In this document: positions 61,399-64,000 of the stretch, piece after piece
How positions within the stretch are numbered: position 1 is the stretch's first letter
How the letters are laid out: each line of letters starts with the position of its first letter
Assembly: GCA_026982565.1 (NCBI GenBank)
Contig: JALSGV010000024.1
Coordinates: 13,341-77,340, forward strand
Direction of reading: 5' to 3'
Source: Gammaproteobacteria bacterium
GTDB lineage: Bacteria > Pseudomonadota > Gammaproteobacteria > SZUA-140
Length of the DNA: 64,000 bases
The notes under the pieces: model-generated
The model's input: only the letters and a program-made list of their open reading frames with translations
The model's database searches: none
Told to the model about the DNA's origin: nothing
Position numbers and translations under genes: made by a program

Positions 61399-62474
61399 CG
61401 GGCTTTTTCGCTGAAACGCAGGAAATGGAGGGGCTCCCCATGGCCGATGCGCAGGGGGCCGGCGGCCAGGCGCGCCGGATACAGCTCGCCGTCGATGGTG
61501 AAGGTCCCCTCCATGGCCAGTTCCAGTGTATCCACCTTGCGGCTCCAGTAACCGTTGCGGGCCGTCACGTGGCGGTTGGTGCGGCCCCAGAAAAGGCGCG
61601 GCAAGGTGCGCAGGGCATGACGGGCGCCTGAGCGGATGGCGGTGAAGTGCAGGGTGCCTGCATCATCCCCCCAGTAAGGGTGCGTGCCGAGAAACAATCT
61701 GTTCAGGGCGGAGACCATCAGCAGGAAATAGTCTTTTTCCCCTTCCATGCCGGGCATCTGCGGGCGCATCTGTAACGACATGGGTACGGGCGCCACGTAG
61801 CGGTGATCATTGCGCGCCATGGCATAGAGTACACGCAGGGCGCACAGACCGGGGCCCAGGCTGTCGCGCAGGCCGGGGCGCAGGACCTTCCGGTGGCAGT
61901 ATTCGATCCCTTTGATGATGGCGCCGGCGCCGAAGAACATGCCATATAAGGGCGCTTCGTCACCGGCCACTACCCGAATTGGGGCGCGGCGGATTACCTC
62001 CAAGGCGGGCGTGGTGGCATCCGCCCAGCACAGGAGTCGTTCCAGGCTGTGCGCTGCCTTGCCTGTCAACCCTACATCTCCCGCCGTCATGTTGGTCGTG
62101 CCGCCACGCAACAGCGCCAGTAGAGGGGGGTGTCCGAATGGCCGCTTCTCCATCAAGGCAGTGAGCACGGCGGCAATGGTGCCGTCGCCGGCGTTGATGG
62201 CCAGCACATCGGGAGGCGCGGCAGCCATGTTTTCCAGTGCGGTCAGAATCTCGGCCGGGTTCCTGGATAGGTGGTGGGTGACGCCAGGGTGGCGCCCGAG
62301 GATCGCCTCGACCCACGCCATGCCCCGGCAGTTTCTGCCGCTGCCTGGATTGGACAACAGGGCAACGCGCAGGGAGCGGCCAGCGGGAACAGGGATGTTC
62401 TGTGAGGTGTGAATGGGATTTTCCTGGTTAAATATCCTGATTCGACTGCATATCGTATACTGGATGCATGACAC
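61395..62474 (-). CDS. DAGK_cat/sphingosine-kinase-family lipid kinase (candidate ceramide or sphingoid-base kinase)
   Basis: It has the DAGK catalytic-domain motifs (RVALLSNPGSGRN; LAINAGDGTIAAV; LRGGTTNMTA). It is 359 aa. Confidence 0.65.
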   Translation of the reverse strand: MSCIQYTICSRIRIFNQENPIHTSQNIPVPAGRSLRVALLSNPGSGRNCRGMAWVEAILGRHPGVTHHLSRNPAEILTALENMAAAPPDVLAINAGDGTIAAVLTALMEKRPFGHPPLLALLRGGTTNMTAGDVGLTGKAAHSLERLLCWADATTPALEVIRRAPIRVVAGDEAPLYGMFFGAGAIIKGIEYCHRKVLRPGLRDSLGPGLCALRVLYAMARNDHRYVAPVPMSLQMRPQMPGMEGEKDYFLLMVSALNRLFLGTHPYWGDDAGTLHFTAIRSGARHALRTLPRLFWGRTNRHVTARNGYWSRKVDTLELAMEGTFTIDGELYPARLAAGPLRIGHGEPLHFLRFSEKAR

Positions 62475-63427
62475 AGGTAAAACACAATGATGTCGTTCAG
62501 GCTGAGGGCATACCGGTCTACACGCTTGCCCATTTATCTGATCCGCACCTGACCTCCCTCGACGACGTCAAGATGAGAGAGCTGCTCAACAAGCGCCTGC
62601 TGGGTTATCTGTCATGGCGCAGTCACCGCCGCGAGGAGCACCGCGCGGAGGTCTTGCAGGCACTGGTGAACGATCTGCGGGAAATACAGCCAGACCACAC
62701 GGTGATCACCGGCGACATGACCCATGTGGGTCTGCCGCAGGAGTGCCGGGAGGTCAGCGCCTGGCTTTCATCCCTTTCCGATGCCCGGTGTCTGACGGTG
62801 ATTCCTGGAAACCATGATGCCTATGTGGCGGCGCCGTGGGGGAAAACCATGGGATTGTGGACATCATATATGGCGTCGGATACTGCCGCTTCACTGACGC
62901 GGGATGCGCTCTTTCCTGCGCTGAGGGAACGCGGACCCCTTGCCCTTATCGGTCTTTCCAGCGCCTCTCCCACTCCTCCTTTCTTCGCCACGGGGCGGTT
63001 GGGAGTGGCGCAGTTGGCGGCCCTTGAGCGCTTGTTGCAGGAAACCGGGGCCCGGGGTCGGATTCGCGTTCTGCTCATTCACCATCCACCCATGAAGCAT
63101 GCCATTGGCTGGCGCAAGCGATTGACCGATGGCGACGCGCTATGCGGCATCATCGCCAAGCACGGGGTAGAGATGGTGTTGCACGGGCATACTCACCGTT
63201 CCGTGATGGATAAGCTGCAGACGGATTCCGGGGAGGCGCCCGTGATCGGCGTGCCGTCTGCCTCGGGCATCGGTCTCAAGCCCGGCAAGCGGGCGCAATA
63301 TCATCTTTACCACTTCTACGACGGCCCTTGGGGGCGGCGGCTCCGTATCTCCGTGAGGGGTTATGATGTAGAGGAAGAACGCTTTGTCGCCCAGGGGACT
63401 CGGCAGTCCTCCCTTCCCGCGGAATGA
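62468..63427 (+). CDS. Calcineurin-like metallophosphoesterase
   Basis: It has the motifs DPH, GDMTH, GNHD, IHHPP and GHTHR. It is 319 aa and divergent from the lipid kinase. Confidence 0.8.
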   Translation: MTQVKHNDVVQAEGIPVYTLAHLSDPHLTSLDDVKMRELLNKRLLGYLSWRSHRREEHRAEVLQALVNDLREIQPDHTVITGDMTHVGLPQECREVSAWLSSLSDARCLTVIPGNHDAYVAAPWGKTMGLWTSYMASDTAASLTRDALFPALRERGPLALIGLSSASPTPPFFATGRLGVAQLAALERLLQETGARGRIRVLLIHHPPMKHAIGWRKRLTDGDALCGIIAKHGVEMVLHGHTHRSVMDKLQTDSGEAPVIGVPSASGIGLKPGKRAQYHLYHFYDGPWGRRLRISVRGYDVEEERFVAQGTRQSSLPAE

Positions 63428-63439
63428 TGGTGGAACGGT

Positions 63440-64000
63440 CTACCTGAACTTGCGCAATAGATAGAAGCAGGCGAGAGAGACTACCAATACAGGCGCCGCC
63501 GCCACCGCCAGGGCATTGATATTGAACAGCAGGCCCAGGTTCCCCATGAACTGATTGAACAAGGTGTAGACCAGGCCCGTGACGATGCCTAGAACGATTC
63601 TCAGGCCGAAACTGGCGGAGCGCAGGGCGCCAAAGGCAAAGGGCAGGGCCAGCAGCATCAGCGCCACCAGGCTGACGGGGCCCATGATTTTCTGCCACAG
63701 CATGATCTCGTAGCGTTGCGTGTTCTGCCCGGCGTTTTTCAGATATTCGATGTACTTGTGCAGATTGTAGGGTGACAGGCTGTATGCCGGGAGTTCCAGC
63801 CGTCCCAGTTGGGTCAGGGACGAGAAAGGCCGCCAGGACATTTCCTTCAGCCGGGTATTGGCGACCCCCGAGGGGGTAAACGTCTTGCGCACCACTTTCT
63901 GCAGTTTCCATAGGTTCTTGTCGCTGATGTCGGCATGTTCCGCGTGGGTATAGGTGATCAGCTTGCCTGTCTTATCGAAGGTAAAGATGCTGATATCGGA
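63440..64000 (-). CDS. lptG: LptF/LptG-family LPS export permease, C-terminal part (gene continues beyond the window end)
   Basis: The C-terminal TM segments are typical of YjgP/YjgQ permeases (…LALPFAFGALRSASFGLRIVLGIVTGLVYTLFNQF…LLRKFR). The N-terminus lies off the window. Confidence 0.7.
   Translation of the reverse strand, partial: SDISIFTFDKTGKLITYTHAEHADISDKNLWKLQKVVRKTFTPSGVANTRLKEMSWRPFSSLTQLGRLELPAYSLSPYNLHKYIEYLKNAGQNTQRYEIMLWQKIMGPVSLVALMLLALPFAFGALRSASFGLRIVLGIVTGLVYTLFNQFMGNLGLLFNINALAVAAAPVLVVSLACFYLLRKFR

Noticed and set aside
63276-63911. 211-aa minus-strand ORF overlapping the lptG C-terminus in another frame
   Set aside because: The co-located frame at 63440-63895 and beyond gives a typical LptF/LptG transmembrane sequence. 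This frame is low-complexity.

Overview
This 64-kb window is a moderately GC-rich proteobacterial chromosome segment. The GC content looks mid-50s percent by eye and was not computed. Gene order resembles beta-proteobacteria: leuS-lptE-holA, proA, nadD-rsfS-rlmH-maf-rng-yhdP, bolA-murA-hisGDCBHAFIE-tatABC, and rpe-gph-trpE. Positions 1-37.5 kb are tightly packed core genes on the + strand. They include a complete his operon, tatABC, a DegS-like protease, a Nif3 protein, and a seven-gene Alternative Complex III (ACIII) operon, actA-B1-B2-C-D-E-F. A perfect FNR-type box lies upstream of actA. The region from about 37.5 to 63.4 kb is an accessory lipid-biosynthesis island. It carries a complete bacterial ceramide toolkit: a GNAT candidate bCerS, divergent from a FAAL-type acyl-ACP synthetase, a CerR-like SDR reductase, a dedicated ACP and serine palmitoyltransferase. 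Downstream are an MsbA-like ABC exporter and a large block of predicted head-group-modifying enzymes. This block has three ELM1-family GT-B-like paralogs, a tandem GT8-like pair, GT4 and GT2 enzymes, an AsnB-type amidotransferase, a PAPS-type sulfotransferase, a methyltransferase-like protein, a Tam41-like nucleotidyltransferase, a DAGK/sphingosine-kinase-family lipid kinase and a metallophosphoesterase. The island ends at an lptF/lptG-family permease at the window edge. It looks like an uncharacterised pathway for a decorated sphingolipid that is glycosylated and possibly also sulfated, amidated or phosphorylated. Intergenic regions carry two repeat families. One is a 20-bp REP-like palindrome (CCTGAAYCCRYGGRTTCAGG) in at least 6 copies. 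The other is a MITE-like element with 29-bp perfect terminal inverted repeats (TIRs), present as one 280-bp full copy between murA and hisG plus collapsed and solo copies. A separate 136-bp inverted-repeat element lies between proA and nadD. No rRNA, tRNA or CRISPR arrays were recognised.
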